Positions 1 through 12,856 of a stretch of DNA of 64,000 bases are shown here, piece after piece; within the stretch, counting starts at the first letter, position 1, and the number at the start of each line of letters is the position of its first letter. The translations under genes and the position numbers were made by a program. The notes beneath the pieces were generated by a model that saw only the letters and a program-made list of their open reading frames with translations, was not told where the DNA came from and did no database searches. The stretch lies in the NCBI GenBank assembly GCA_002104905.1, contig MCFE01000030.1, positions 160,927 to 224,926 on the forward strand. The letters are read 5' to 3'. The DNA comes from Basidiobolus meristosporus CBS 931.73. Lineage: Eukaryota; Fungi; Basidiobolomycota.

Positions 1-602
1 AATAGGGATGTATTTGCGAGAATTCCAAAAGACCTTTGGATTAGGCTATCCACCTCTCCTAGAACGAATATAGTTACTCAGTCCTTCAATATCAGGTATG
101 CAAATGACCCCAGTCTACCGAGAACGGATGGAGTTTTCTGAGCTTTACACAGATTCTGGTGCCTGGTCATTGCAATCTTTCCTCAGTAAACATTACTCAT
201 ATTAGTGCTGACCGAGGAAAGTAGTCGCACTTCACAATATAGCCTCAGGATATTCTTGTTTGAGATTTTGGCTTCAGCATCGAGCATTCTCGACTAGAGC
301 AAAGCCACCTACAAGGCTGATGTGCAATAGATTGTCGGCGCTGCAGTTGCAAACTATCCAATCCACCTAGGTTTATTCTTCTTGGAGCTCACCACGTAGA
401 TTACAGAAGAAAGTTTGCGTCAACCTGCTGGTGCTTGATGACTGGAGCAGATACCCAATCAACATGTAGTTTCCCGCCTTCCCAAAATCCAGGGATTATT
501 TTTAGGGTCAGTTAGGTATGCCAATGGTTTTGATTTAATCTTGTTGCATGATCATCTCATTACCAATAGGCGGTGTAGTGTAGTTCCCTAAGCTTGTTCA
601 AG

Positions 603-2101
603 ATGGAGTATACGCCGGAGGTTTTGTACGAGAAGCTCACAAAGATACTTTATAGAAGTGAAGAATTGTAAGTGGAGCACTTTTGAAGTTCATGGTTCCC
701 ATTTAACAACGACATAAGAGAAGAACTGGGTCTTCTCCCAGTGGCGGGTAATCTAGATGGTTCTGAGCATGCTCCTTTTGTTCTACTCGAAAACCGCCTA
801 GGAATTCCTCTTCAATACGTCACTACGATATATAAGTGCGCCTGGGGGAAGTTTTGTTCCTTGAGAAGTGCTGGTTCAGGATCCGACAAAGGTAGCTATC
901 AATCTGCACTGAACTCCGATGTCAAGCGAGGTTACCTTTGTCATTGAAGAAGCTAACCTCTCAACATAGAGGCACTCACAAGATTGGACTGTTGTATGAA
1001 AAGCCTAATAATCATTAATCCTGAATGCTACTCTGCCTGGAATCTACGGTATTTCTAGTCCAGCCTAGGCGGAATTAAACTCAGCACTAACTTTCACTAA
1101 CCTCTGGTCACTTCTAAGTAAGCAACTGGTTCAGCAGGGACAATTGGATCCCGCCAACGAGCTGCCGTTCATAGAATTGTTGTTCACTTTCCCACAGCAT
1201 AACAAAAGCTATACCACCTGGCATCATCGGTAAATCCTGCTGAGACTTTGCGCTGGCCTGCCGGGCTCATATATTTGTTGGATTAGGAAATGGGTCATTG
1301 AGCTGATAGCAGCCAAGACGTCATGCATGCCGTCAGTGATCAAGGAGATCGAAATCTGCAGTCGTGTAGGAGAGCTCTATCCCAAAAATTACAATGCTTG
1401 GGTTCATCGGCAATGGATCCTTAAGTATATCGACAATCAACAAGCACTGCTTGAGGAGTTGGAACGAGTCACCTATTGGAACAACTCTCACATCTCTGAT
1501 CATTCAGGTTTTCATCATCGAGAACAGGTTCTCCTACGTATCTGCCAACAATTGGGGGTTCTGTCATCGATAGGAAGAGTCTCTAGAATCAACATTATGG
1601 AGAAATCCAATTCAGTGTCTTCGAATGTATCCCTTCTCAACGCCAGTCTGGATGAGCAGAGGCCACTGCTTGATTTGTGGCTTGCCGAGTTCCGGTACAC
1701 AAAAGAGCTGCTGACCCGCTACCCAGAGCACGAGACACTTTGGTATCATCTTCGTTTTTGCTACTTTTACTGGAGATTGATTGGTTTTGAAGAGCTGAGT
1801 CCAGACATTGAAGAGTCAAATACGGCCTGGCCTTGCTTACATTCCGAGATGAATTTCGTGGAGCAATTCATTGAGCTCAACGCTCATGACTCTGATGAAG
1901 CCACTTACGCTTTATCATATAAGCTGTACATCCTTGAACTTGTAAGATACACACCCTCTAATGTCCTCGTGATGTTTGACTGATTTTGGTATTTTACAGA
2001 ATCAGCAAGAAGTCATGCCGACGATGGCACAGCTAGCAGAACTTTCCAAGCATTCTAACTACTATGCGGCACACCTTCCAGCCTCATCAAGGCCCACATG
2101 A
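603..2101 (+). CDS. PTAR1: Protein prenyltransferase alpha-subunit repeat protein (PTAR1/Ecm9-like), multi-exon
   Basis: ATG at 603 (MEYTPEVLYEKL..), GT-AG introns, N-terminal EELGLLP..PFVLLENRLGIP segment, and PFTA-type repeats (NYSAWN, KSYTTWHHR, KNYNAWVHRQW, SDHSGFHHR, HETLWYHLR). The last exon ends with TGA at 2099-2101. Confidence 0.75.
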
Positions 2102-3495
2102 TGTTTTTGGCGGTGATACCTCAAGCAATCTCTGGATCAACCAGTCAAATACTGCGTATCAAGGGAGTGTAGCTGAATAAAAATCTAATCTCACACCTCA
2201 CCGACTGGATTTTGGAGTTGGAAACTAGGCTCATTGCCACCTTGGACGTAGGAAGTACAAAACACCTTTCCTTGAGATATTCTTATGATAACATTTACAA
2301 AGTTGCGGGAATGCAAATGCCTTACTGTTGCTCAATATACCAACAGTGAATAAGATACATCCTTTAGCCCTCCAGATCCTTTTGAGCACTTCTGAATAAA
2401 TCGTCGCTATTTTTACCAAACACACTATCAAATGAAGACTTACGTTTTAGCAAAATTTAAATGAGAATATGCTCATACCTGGCAGCATTCTAAATGCACG
2501 CTTTTGGTCTCCAGATCAGAGGAACCACATTATTAATGAACTGAAATTTCAGGATAAAAACAGTATAGCATGTTTCCTGTTTTCTACCATGTCTTTGAAA
2601 ATTGTATCCTTACAGGAATACTGGTGCATATGACTTTCTGTGTCACATCACATACTATATCCATGTGGAAGATATGAAATATATCTGCTTACTATCTCAT
2701 AATCCATACAGGTTACAATATCATTGGTGCTTTATTTGTTACTGCTCTCAAGTTTAGAGAGAGTGATCTGGTGTGCAGTGATGCCTCCATTATTGCAGCA
2801 CCTAAATTGAGTGGATAACAAAGTGAATGTGGATTCCTGTTGGGCATTTCTTAGATATCCATAGATTTATAAAATACAGACTTCAAGCTGAGGTCTGCTA
2901 GTACCAAGTGTTGAATAACTTGCGTCTGTATCTAAACTTTAACACTTAGATCCTGGTATATGATGCCACACAACACTGAGACTTTGCTAAGTGCTTATAG
3001 GCTTATAGGTGAATTGCTCATCAAGACACTCCCAAAGTATACATATCACTCTTAAATCTGATGGATCATTAAGTGAAGACAGTATGACTTGCTAGTACCC
3101 CCAACAATAGGACTCATCTACTCAAGAAGTTCCACAAGTTGTCACACAGAACAACATTGGTTCATTCATGCAACTGGATTAAAAAGTGGGCTGGAAAGTT
3201 CTTCAACAAGCTTGAAAATGTTTTCTGGGAATAAGGTCTACCTATTGCATCTAGGAGTAAAGGAGATTATAGATTTACCAACAACACCAAGGATGTCATA
3301 TGTGGAAGTGTCAAATGTGCTGTAAGGGGTACACACCAAAGATTTAATGAAGATAACTCTTAAGTGTATGGTAATAGGGATGTCAAGTTATCATTTGGTA
3401 TAAGCAAAAACAATTCATAATATCACATAGGTTTGTTATTGTTGTAAAAATTCATAATTTCACCTAAATATTCCCCTAACTTAGTCACTTGGATC

Positions 3496-3844
3496 TGTTG
3501 TAAAATTCGGAATTTCCACCTAAATATTCACCTAACTTAGTCACTTAGATCTTTACCTTCAAATCCTAGAGAATACTGACCAAATTCCTTGTTGGGATTT
3601 ACTTAGTATATTTTCACCAAAATACCAGGTACCCACAACATGAAAATTCTCAAAGTTGTCCAAACAGCCCCAAACTTTGTACACATGTTCTTGAAGCCTT
3701 CCTTAACCTATTCTACGTGTTTGTTATGCCAAGATCATGTAAAAGTATAAATACTACTTTTACATTCAATAATTCATTAAGTGAAAACCACATAATCTAC
3801 TTGTTCTCCAAATCACTTCCAATATCTCCAAGACTCTTACAACA
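3496..3844 (+). mobile_element. Solo LTR (349 bp) inserted in the 5' LTR of the older Copia element
   Basis: TGTTGTAA...TTACAACA termini, flanked by a 5-bp TSD GGATC (3491-3495 and 3845-3849). Near-identical to the LTRs at 15619 and 53208. Confidence 0.92.
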
Positions 3845-5988
3845 GGATCATTACCTACAAATCTTAGACAATGCTGACCAAATTCCTTGTTGGGATTTAC
3901 CTAGAATGTTTTCACCAAAACATCAGGTACCCATAACATGAAAGCTCTTAAAGTTGTCCAAACAGCTCCAAACTTTGCACACAAGTACTTGTGACCTTTG
4001 TGAGCAGACTCTATGTGTTTGCTGTGCCAAGACCATGTACAAGTATAAATACTACTTTGACATTCAGTAAATCATTAAATGAAAAGCCCATAATCTATTT
4101 GTTCTCCTAATCACTTCTAATATGTCCAAGAATCTTAAAACAGGCTATGAGCACCAGGCCGTACTCTTTACAATGTCCACAACTGCTAATACTGGAATCT
4201 CTCCTTTGGCTGAAAAGTTGGACAGATCTAACTACTAAGTTTGAAAGATGAGGATGACAATGCTGCTGCAGGAAAGAGGCCTTTGGGATATTCTTATGGG
4301 AGAGCAATCCCTACTAAAAGCATGGGAGACTAAGTTTTAAAGCACCAATAGAAAGCACACAGTGCCTTTCACTGCATTTACTCTAACATCAAAGACAAAT
4401 TGTTAATTCAATGCTCAAGAGCAAAACATCAAAGAATACCTGAAAAGCATTAGAAGACACCTACCAGTTATGGTTGGCTGCAAAGAAAATGCATCTTGGA
4501 CAAAAACTCTATACAACAAAGATGTTGCTAGGAGAAGAAATGAAAATCCAATCAACAGATTAACCCTGTTGATTGATAAGATGGAATCAGTGGGCTTACA
4601 AACCACAGAAGAAGATGTGAAAGTTACCCTCTTGAATAGCCTGACAGACAAGTCTCAGGGCCTTGTATAAGCCTTAGAGTCCTGAGCTGAAGATTTGACC
4701 TTAAACAACATATATGGAACTATTGTTACTGAAGAACTAAGAAAATCACGCACCAATAAAAAGGAAGAACAAAATGCCTTAACAAGCAATGGCAACCCAT
4801 AAAAAAGGTATCTGGGTCACTTTAGAGGCAATAGCACCCTGTTTTGCAACTATGGCAAAAGGAAAGAACACACATCTGACCAATGCTTTAAAAAGTGAGA
4901 TAATCAGCAGAAGAAGCCTGAATAAGTAATCACTGCAACAACTAAAAATAGACTATTCATATCTGCACAAAATATGACTGCAGGCAAGATCCTCAGATGT
5001 GGAATATTGACTCTGGAGCATCTCAAATCCTCACACACCAAAAAGAACTTTTAACTAATAGCAAGAAATTGCAGTTAAGAAGGTTTTCATGGATGACAAT
5101 AGAACACTTGATGCAGTTGGAGAAGGAACCATCCAGGTAAACCTTAGAAGCAATGAAGGAAGCCACACACTTACCTTCAAAGAAGTACTTTTTGCACCAG
5201 AAATAGCCAAGAACCTAATTTCTGCAAGAAAGGCAACAGCAGAAGGACTCAGTCTCAGCTTTGACAATTCTGGATATAGGATCACTAATCAAACTGATGC
5301 CCATATTGTTTTGGGTATCATAGATCAGAATCTAAACAAGCTGACTTATATTCCATCATATCTGGAAGCCAATAAAAGTAGGTTAAATGAAGCAATAACA
5401 ATGCTTTGGCACACCCTGTGAAAAAATATTTGATCCCATGGGTGGGTCCAATCCTGATCAGTTGTCAGGATCATGTTTGGACACCATCATAATACTGGCA
5501 GCTTGGAATTAGTGACCCCCTTGACAATCTTATGACAGGATCACAACTGTGTTTTGCTGATTTTACTGCCAAATAAAGTTATAAACCTTGACAGGGTTAG
5601 ATTGGTGCTGTGACAATAATTGCATGGCATTGTTGCAGTCTTGATGCACTCTACAACTACTTTAAATGAACCTAACTGGCCAGGAGTTCCAATTGCCTTA
5701 TATATCAAAAAACTTGACAGTATATCAACAGCCTCAAAGCAAGACACTGATGGCATTATTATGGTAGTTTGGCAGCCTAAAGCTAGTTCTGTATAATGCT
5801 ACTCTACCAATTTGCCAAATTGTATTTCCTTTTTCTACCTCCCCTTGTGCAATTCAGATATTCTGCTGTAGAATCACCCCTCTTTATTTGCTTACCCACT
5901 ACTACCTTGGGCATTCCACATATAGTTTGTATAAAAAAACTATGGCCTCCTGCTTACTAACCCCTAAAAATGTGTACACCTGCCACAA

Positions 5989-8317
5989 TTAATATACTTC
6001 TATTACCTCAACTTTATGGCTTTTTAGTGTGATACTTGCAAAGTTGCCATGTACCTTGTACTGCTGGTAACATATACATCTTGCAAACACATGCTTGGTT
6101 GTTGCCACTTCTGCCATGGATACCTCCTGAATATCTGCAAAGAACTTCTTGGTATTTAGCCAATATAGTCCTTCTCCCTGCTGGATTCTAGTCCCCCTTA
6201 TAGGTGCGCTCTGGCTTTGTTTGTGTGAATTCCATATTGAATAGTGCAGAAGTTGGCTTGTGACCATGAGAAATCTGGCATACCTTGGCAGAGTTTTCCT
6301 GATAAAAATTAGTTGCTTGTTGCACCCAACCTAACTTTGCATTACTAAACTGATTGCCCATGCATTGCGGCTGCTTAGCCTCTTAATGCCATAGGCATAG
6401 GTGTCTCCATGTGCACATTTGTCCTCAGTATTTTCCAACTCTTCCTGGCTGTCCTCTATGTGCCAACTCCTCACATTGATGATGGACTTGAAGGTAATAT
6501 TCTTGATCAGATTGGGATATGGTAGTATCTGCAACTTGACTTGTCTTCCTATCTCCCCACACATCCACTCCATAGGAAACTCCCAAAAGGTGAAGCAAGG
6601 CCTAATAATCTCCACACACTGTGCAAGATGGAGTAGAGAATGGATACAGTAGAGGCAGAGATCTACGCATTCAGCTTTATGCTTGTAGTATGGCCACTTG
6701 AATCCCATCATAAACTCCTCACACAACAGCTGTAGATGCATCAGTTTGGCATTGGTGATCTGCTTCTGGATAAATACTCCTACAATATCCACATATGACT
6801 CCAAATGCTTCCAATGTACTCTTTGTAGGAATGGCTTCAGAACGCCACTTGAATAAATACACATCCAGTTCATCCAGTCTTTGCAATTGTATTACCACAT
6901 ATGCATATGAATATTAATTGGAGCCCATGAGAGGTACTTAGGGTAGCAGATACTCTGTAATATCTTGCCAATTCTTTCATATTTCTCTGGTATCTTGAAG
7001 GGCTTATTTAGCTTGAAATGCCCTATGTACAACTTGGCCATCAGTAGAGGGATATTATTGAAAAGCAAATGCATAGCTCCCAGTGGAAAGCTTTTGCTCC
7101 AACAGATACCCTCTATCTCAAGTATTGGTGGTTTCAGATTGATTCCATATTCTGGCCAATGGCTTATAGCTTGCCAACTTTGCTGCAATTGCATGCTGAC
7201 TACTGTATGTTCTCTCTGTGGAAAGATGATGTTCTCAGTGCTGGTGTTTGGGTAATAATAATGTGAGTGAGTTATGGAGCAAATCCCCTGGATCTCACAC
7301 ATTTGACAGCAATACTGTCCATTGTGCCCAGAAAGCCTGCTATCTTGCTGATGACTGGGTATTTTCAATGCAGATAAAAATATGCACTTTTACATGACAG
7401 CCATTTACAGTTATCCTGCTGGAAAGCATACAAAATTCATCCAGTTATGGATACAGGTAGGTATCCAGGTTGGATGGTGATTTAGGCCCAGATACCAGTG
7501 AGACTACCATCAAATTATTGCTGTGATACCATACAATGGGCAGCAAATTCTGATTAATGAGAATTAGTGGCCAGCAGGATTTGCAGGTAGAGTACTTGTT
7601 TAATTAGAATTCATCAAGTGCTAAGGCAAATGCATGGTCATACATACCATCAAAGTAGCCCTTGCTTCTTAGCTGTTTGTAATGTTTGCCATCATATATA
7701 TTGGATATGTTTGCGCTTGATTGATACTCAGCACAATACTGTATAGCTTTGCAATATTTGTTGGAATGTATCAGCTTCCTCAGACAGGGTATAACTGGAA
7801 TATATCTGGAGTGTGAACAATGTTTTCCCTTGATAGTGGTGGATTCCTGACAATGTGGACAAATTGCAATGGTAGCATTTTTGGATGTGAATGCCATGCA
7901 ACTGTTAACACATGCGGGAATCAGTACAGTGTCTGGATCATATGATGCCAGCTGCATGACAGTTGTCCACTTGTACCATGTACATAGTAAGTTGCATGCC
8001 GGTATGATTTTGGCAAGAGGTAGTAATAAATCCTCAAAGCCCCCATTACTGATATTAGTGGAAACATGCCACTTCTCTAGCCACAATGTTACATCATTCA
8101 CCAGTAGATGGACTACTGGGCTCACTTGGCTCCACAAAGTATCCTTGGCATCTGTTTCATTGGGTGTTGTCTTGCTGCATATAGGGATTTGACTAGGCTC
8201 ATACATGGTACTGTTGTTAGGGGAGATAGGCTCAAAATCCATCAGTGAACCTTCTTCATCAGAGCTATCACTCTGCATGCCATATTCAGATGGCTGAGGT
8301 GAGCCTAAAGGTGGCAT
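5989..8317 (-). pseudogene. CACTA (Transposase_21-like) transposase, fragmented
   Basis: ORF pieces carry CVNSCMAF..CPHC, NIYDGKHY..ALALDEF, GAMHLLFNNI and HSLLHLAQCVEIIRPCFTFWEFPMEWMCG motifs typical of EnSpm transposases, broken by stops and frameshifts. Confidence 0.78.
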
Positions 8318-8845
8318 AAACTCACCTGACTCAGTTTGTGCAAGGTGACATAGATAGCCAGGTGCCTATATAGAAGTATCAACTGGCCTACAAGATAATG
8401 TTGGTACAGTAGTGACCAATGAATGGTCAAGTATTACTTGTGTGGCAAAACACTGGCCATGATCCTTGCAATACTTCCTATGCTGTCTGCATGCTTCATG
8501 GCTGAGAGGCTTGACACAATAGCCATATGGTGTTTTTTCTCTTCTCTTACAGCATTGAGTCAAAGTAGTCTTGTCCATGGGCAAACAGCTTGACCTTCAA
8601 CAAAATCACGCTATTATATCCCTTTTGGTCAATACTCATGTGAACTGAAGACAGTCTTGTATTTGAGACATTGCACCTACATGAATGTAAGATTCAATGA
8701 TGACCCACCATAGTAAGCATTATAAATAAAGTTGTGGCACCACATACACATGTATATGTAACACAATTTCCCCTATGGTTTGACTCACTTCTGTATATAT
8801 GCTGTCATAACATCACCACCACCCATATTAGCAAGTATGTTGTCA

Positions 8846-10269
8846 GCTCATACCAAAGCATTAATGAGGCAATTAGGTGCAGTAGCTGATAGGATAGATG
8901 TAATGGCCCAGAGGAATCAGGAAATAGTCCAGAAACAGGATGAGCAGATAATACATGTAGAGCAATCAGTATCCCAGGTAGAGAAAGTAGTATCTTTGCT
9001 GCATAGAAGGAACTCAAGTAGCTCAATGTCACAGCCAAGAATTGAGCCATTTTTCAATGTAACAGCAGAGGAATACCATAGAGCCTTTGAAGCACAACAA
9101 CAGTGCCCAAAGATAAAGCCCACAAAAAAACCTATCACAGCATGGAAGGGAGACAATGTGGTGTTTATACCAAAGCCTAAAAATCCAAAGATATTGAAGA
9201 TTGGTGAAGCCATTAAGTGCAATAGTGAAGAGTGGGCTAATATTTGAGAGGCCATCAGTAGTCTAGCATGCCATGACCTGAAGGCTTGCATATCATGGAA
9301 CCATCAGGAACTCAAGGCCAAGCAGAATGCACTTGACTTGTTCTGTGAGCATTATCCTGGATTCAAACAGGCAAATAGATTTTGAGCCAGCATTGGTATG
9401 CTAAGAAAGTATCTTAAGAATAGCAGAAACTATCAAAGGCAGAAGAACAAGGGTGCCATGGCTAAAAGCTGGCAGCTTCCTCAAGAGCCTGTTACAAGCA
9501 GGGCCAAAAGCTCCAGACAAGCATCAAAGAGATTTCAGGTAGCTGGAAGAGTGCCAACTAGGGATAAGCAGGCAGATATGAATGCACCAGCACTACATTT
9601 GTCAAGGAAAAAGCATAGTACCACTCAAGAAGCACTCAGTCAGAGTAGCAGTGAAGGACCCAGCTATGATAAAAGGTGTCTTTTACAGGAGCCCATCACA
9701 GGTACGGTTGAGAGCTCAAAAGAAGCAGAAAGAAACATCAGGTTGCCAGAAGAGTGCCAACAAGGGACAAGCAGGTCAAAACAGATGTGTCAGAGCAGAG
9801 TTGATCTAGGAGAAAACATAGTGCTTTAAAAGAAGCACTCAGACAAAGTAGCAGTTAAAGACCTGGCAGTGATAAAGGAAAAGGTAAAGGGAAAAATGTC
9901 TACCCAAGCCTGAGACAGGGAGGCATGCAAAAAAAACTGTAGTTCTTGCCAATTAACACCACAAGTCAGGAACAGACTGAGTCCCATCATAGCCAAGAAG
10001 AACTACCAACAAGAAAACAGCTGTTTTCACAACAGTTGGAAGTGCAGCCAGTTGAGCTACACTCCAGCAAGGTTGATGAGTTTGCTGAAAATGGCAATTT
10101 GTCTACCACAGCCTCCACATCCTCCATTGTTGACAGAGTGGAGATCACACTGACAGACAAGACTACAATGTCAAGAGCTCAAAAGACCATCACAATGCCT
10201 GCAGTGGAATTTTGGAACATTAATAGGCACACCAAGAGGTTGCAGCACTTCTTCAAGAGCAGTGCTTAA
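8846..10269 (+). pseudogene. Second (accessory) ORF of the CACTA element, decayed, with a ~200-bp internal tandem duplication
   Basis: Coiled-coil-like start, a MLRKYLKNSRNYQR block, and imperfect repeat units at ~9481-9680 and ~9687-9880. Its C-terminal part is homologous to ORF 52777-53151(-). Confidence 0.5.
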
Positions 10270-10540
10270 GAAAACTTACTGGAATATTGCAAGGAATTAT
10301 TGCAACCTGAGCATTACAGCAGAAATACTTATTGAGTGGTAGATATTTGTGGAGTTATTTGTTGAGTGTGGAGTTGGGCTTAATGTTAGTGTAGGGTATA
10401 GGGACTTGCATAGGTCAATACATTTGGCAATTGAGGTACAACTGAAATGTTAACAGAAATAAATCAATTCATAGACATGAAAAGTAAGAGAAACAGTGGA
10501 GTCAGGAAGTAAGGAGTGTGAAAAAGAGGCAATAGCCAAT

Positions 10541-10751
10541 AGACTTGTTTCATTGTGCCATTGATCATAGTGCCAGAGATTGCTGTATATTTTGTTGTTA
10601 ATTTGATATTTTAGGGTCATATGCATGCCAATTTTGATCCCAAAATGGCACTGTATGGTACCATCTGGCACTCTGTGGCATGATCAGGCACCATCTGGCA
10701 TGTTATGACACTATTAGGCACTATGATCAGCTGGAATGATGGAACAAGTCT
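10541..10751. mobile_element. MITE (211 bp), copy 1
   Basis: TIR AGACTTGTTTCAT / ATGGAACAAGTCT with AAT TSD. The homologous empty site, with a single AAT, is at ~52501-52520. Confidence 0.88.
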
Positions 10752-12645
10752 AATCAATGCACAAATGTAGGAGGCAATAGAGTGTCCAGGATCAGAAAGT
10801 GAGCAAATTGGCAGGGAGCCAATCAAAAGCCTCTTATAAATTGTTGTGATGAAAAGTTTTGACTAAGTTTTTTGTGAAATCTAGGGTGCAATTAGTTTTC
10901 AACAGTATCTGGACAGAGTCCTGATGGGATCAGTACCCCTTAGTCATGGGACTTTAGCACTGTGACAGCCTTTTGACTGGATCATCTCATTAATTTTTCA
11001 TAGGGATCCATTTTGATTATTTACACCAAATGATCAAAGATCAGATAATTTTTGAATTAATAATTGCTTCCCCAGCTAATTTGGAGCTCTGTGAAGCCTG
11101 AATATATGGGAAACAAGCCAGTCAACCATTCAAGAGCTCTGAGTAAATCAGAACTAAGAAAAAATTAGATCTAATTCACTCAGATCTGTTTGAACCAATG
11201 CAAAATTTATCAATGGGTGGGATGAAGTGTTTGGCCACTTGTAATGATGATTGGGAAGATACATGTGAGACCACTTCAAGGAAAAAAAGGAAGAAGTTCT
11301 GTCTAAGCCTGGGGGGCTTAAAGCCATGGTGAAAAGAGAAACCAATGACAAAATCAAGAAAATTCACTCTGACAATAATGGACAATATACATCAATGCTC
11401 TACATCCACTTCTGCAAAACTCCAGGGATAAAGCAAGATACTACTGCACCATACTCTCCACAGCAAAATGGAATGACAGAATGTGCAAACAGATTGATAA
11501 ATGATATGGCAGCAGCAATTATCCATGATCAAAATTTATTATAATTTTTGGGCATAATCATTTGACACAGCAATATACCTTACAAATAGGAGTTACAACA
11601 GAATACTTTGTAAATCTACTCCATTTGGGGCATGGCATGGATACAGACCAAGTGCCAAACATCTAAGAATATATGTGTGAGGGTTAGTAATTATTGACCA
11701 CAGCTGAACTCTTATCAAGTCCCTGCTGGTGAAGTTTACAGTTGCTTTGACTTTGCAAGCTTTAGTACATTGTCATCTCAGAGGAAGCTAAACCCAGCAC
11801 ATACTTTTGTTAAGACTCCAACCAAGTTGGGGATTGTAGCTCAATAGTTTTCCCTTGACAAGCTTGTGGCTTAATTCCCCTTCATATTTGAGTAGAGACA
11901 AAACTCAAATATTCTTAGTAAGCTTTTGCCAGAGGTTATTGCACCCAGTGAGCACCCCACACACAAATCACTTGAGCAGTATTGAACATATTTCTCCTTT
12001 GGACTTATGCACCACTATAATGTTTTCAAAGTATATATACTACACTTTTGATCAATAAATCTATAAGTTAATAACATGTTTAAAGCTGCACTTTTGAACA
12101 GACAACTTGACAAGCACATGTACATTGATCAGCCTGATGGATTTGCTGACCAATATAGTCCCCATTTGGTCTGCAAGCTTGAAAAATCACTACGTGGTCT
12201 CAGCCAGTCACCAAGAGCCTGGAGTTGCAAGATAGATTTGTATTTGGAATATCTGTGTTTCCAAAGAAGTACTGCTGATTAAAGTATTTACTATAAGCCA
12301 GATAGAACAAATCCAGATCAATTAGCTCTATATGTGGATGATCTTATCACAGCCACCAATTTCCAAGAAACCTTGAAAGAGACCAAGTTCAGCCTGTCAA
12401 AGGGTCTCAAGATGTTCAATCTAGAAGAGCTCAGTTACTACTTGGGGATAAAGTTCTTGATTGACAGCAGTACCCTGACTATCACCCTAGGCCAGTCCAA
12501 GTATATTCAAGATATACTTGAGAAGTACTAAATGAAAGTTTGCATACTGGCTGCAACCCCAATGGAGACAAACCTTAACTTGGTCAAGACTTAATCAATC
12601 AAGCAGGCTTGGTGTCATCTGAAAGCCAAGAATTTTCTTATCAAT

Positions 12646-12856
12646 AGACTTGTTTCATTGTGCCATTGATCATAGTGCCAGAAAGTGCTGTATATTTTGT
12701 TATCAATTTGATATTTTAGGGTCATATGCATGTCAATTTTGATCCCAAATTGGCACTGTATGGCACCATCTGGCACTCTGTGGCATGATTGGGCTCCATC
12801 TGGCATACAATGGCACTATTGGGCACTATGATCAGCTGGAATGATGAAACAAGTCT
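12646..12856. mobile_element. MITE (211 bp), copy 2, inserted in Copia RT
   Basis: Perfect 13-bp TIR AGACTTGTTTCAT/ATGAAACAAGTCT with AAT TSD. Highly similar to copy 1. Confidence 0.9.

Larger units (their letters stand above)
5414..11005. mobile_element. CACTA/EnSpm (CMC superfamily) DNA transposon, decayed, nested in Copia pol
   Basis: Imperfect TIRs CCCTGTGAAAAAATA..GATCC / GGATC..TAATTTTTCATAGGG fit the CMCWR terminus consensus. It encodes a Tnp2-like transposase on the minus strand and a second ORF on the plus strand. TSD not resolved. Confidence 0.8.
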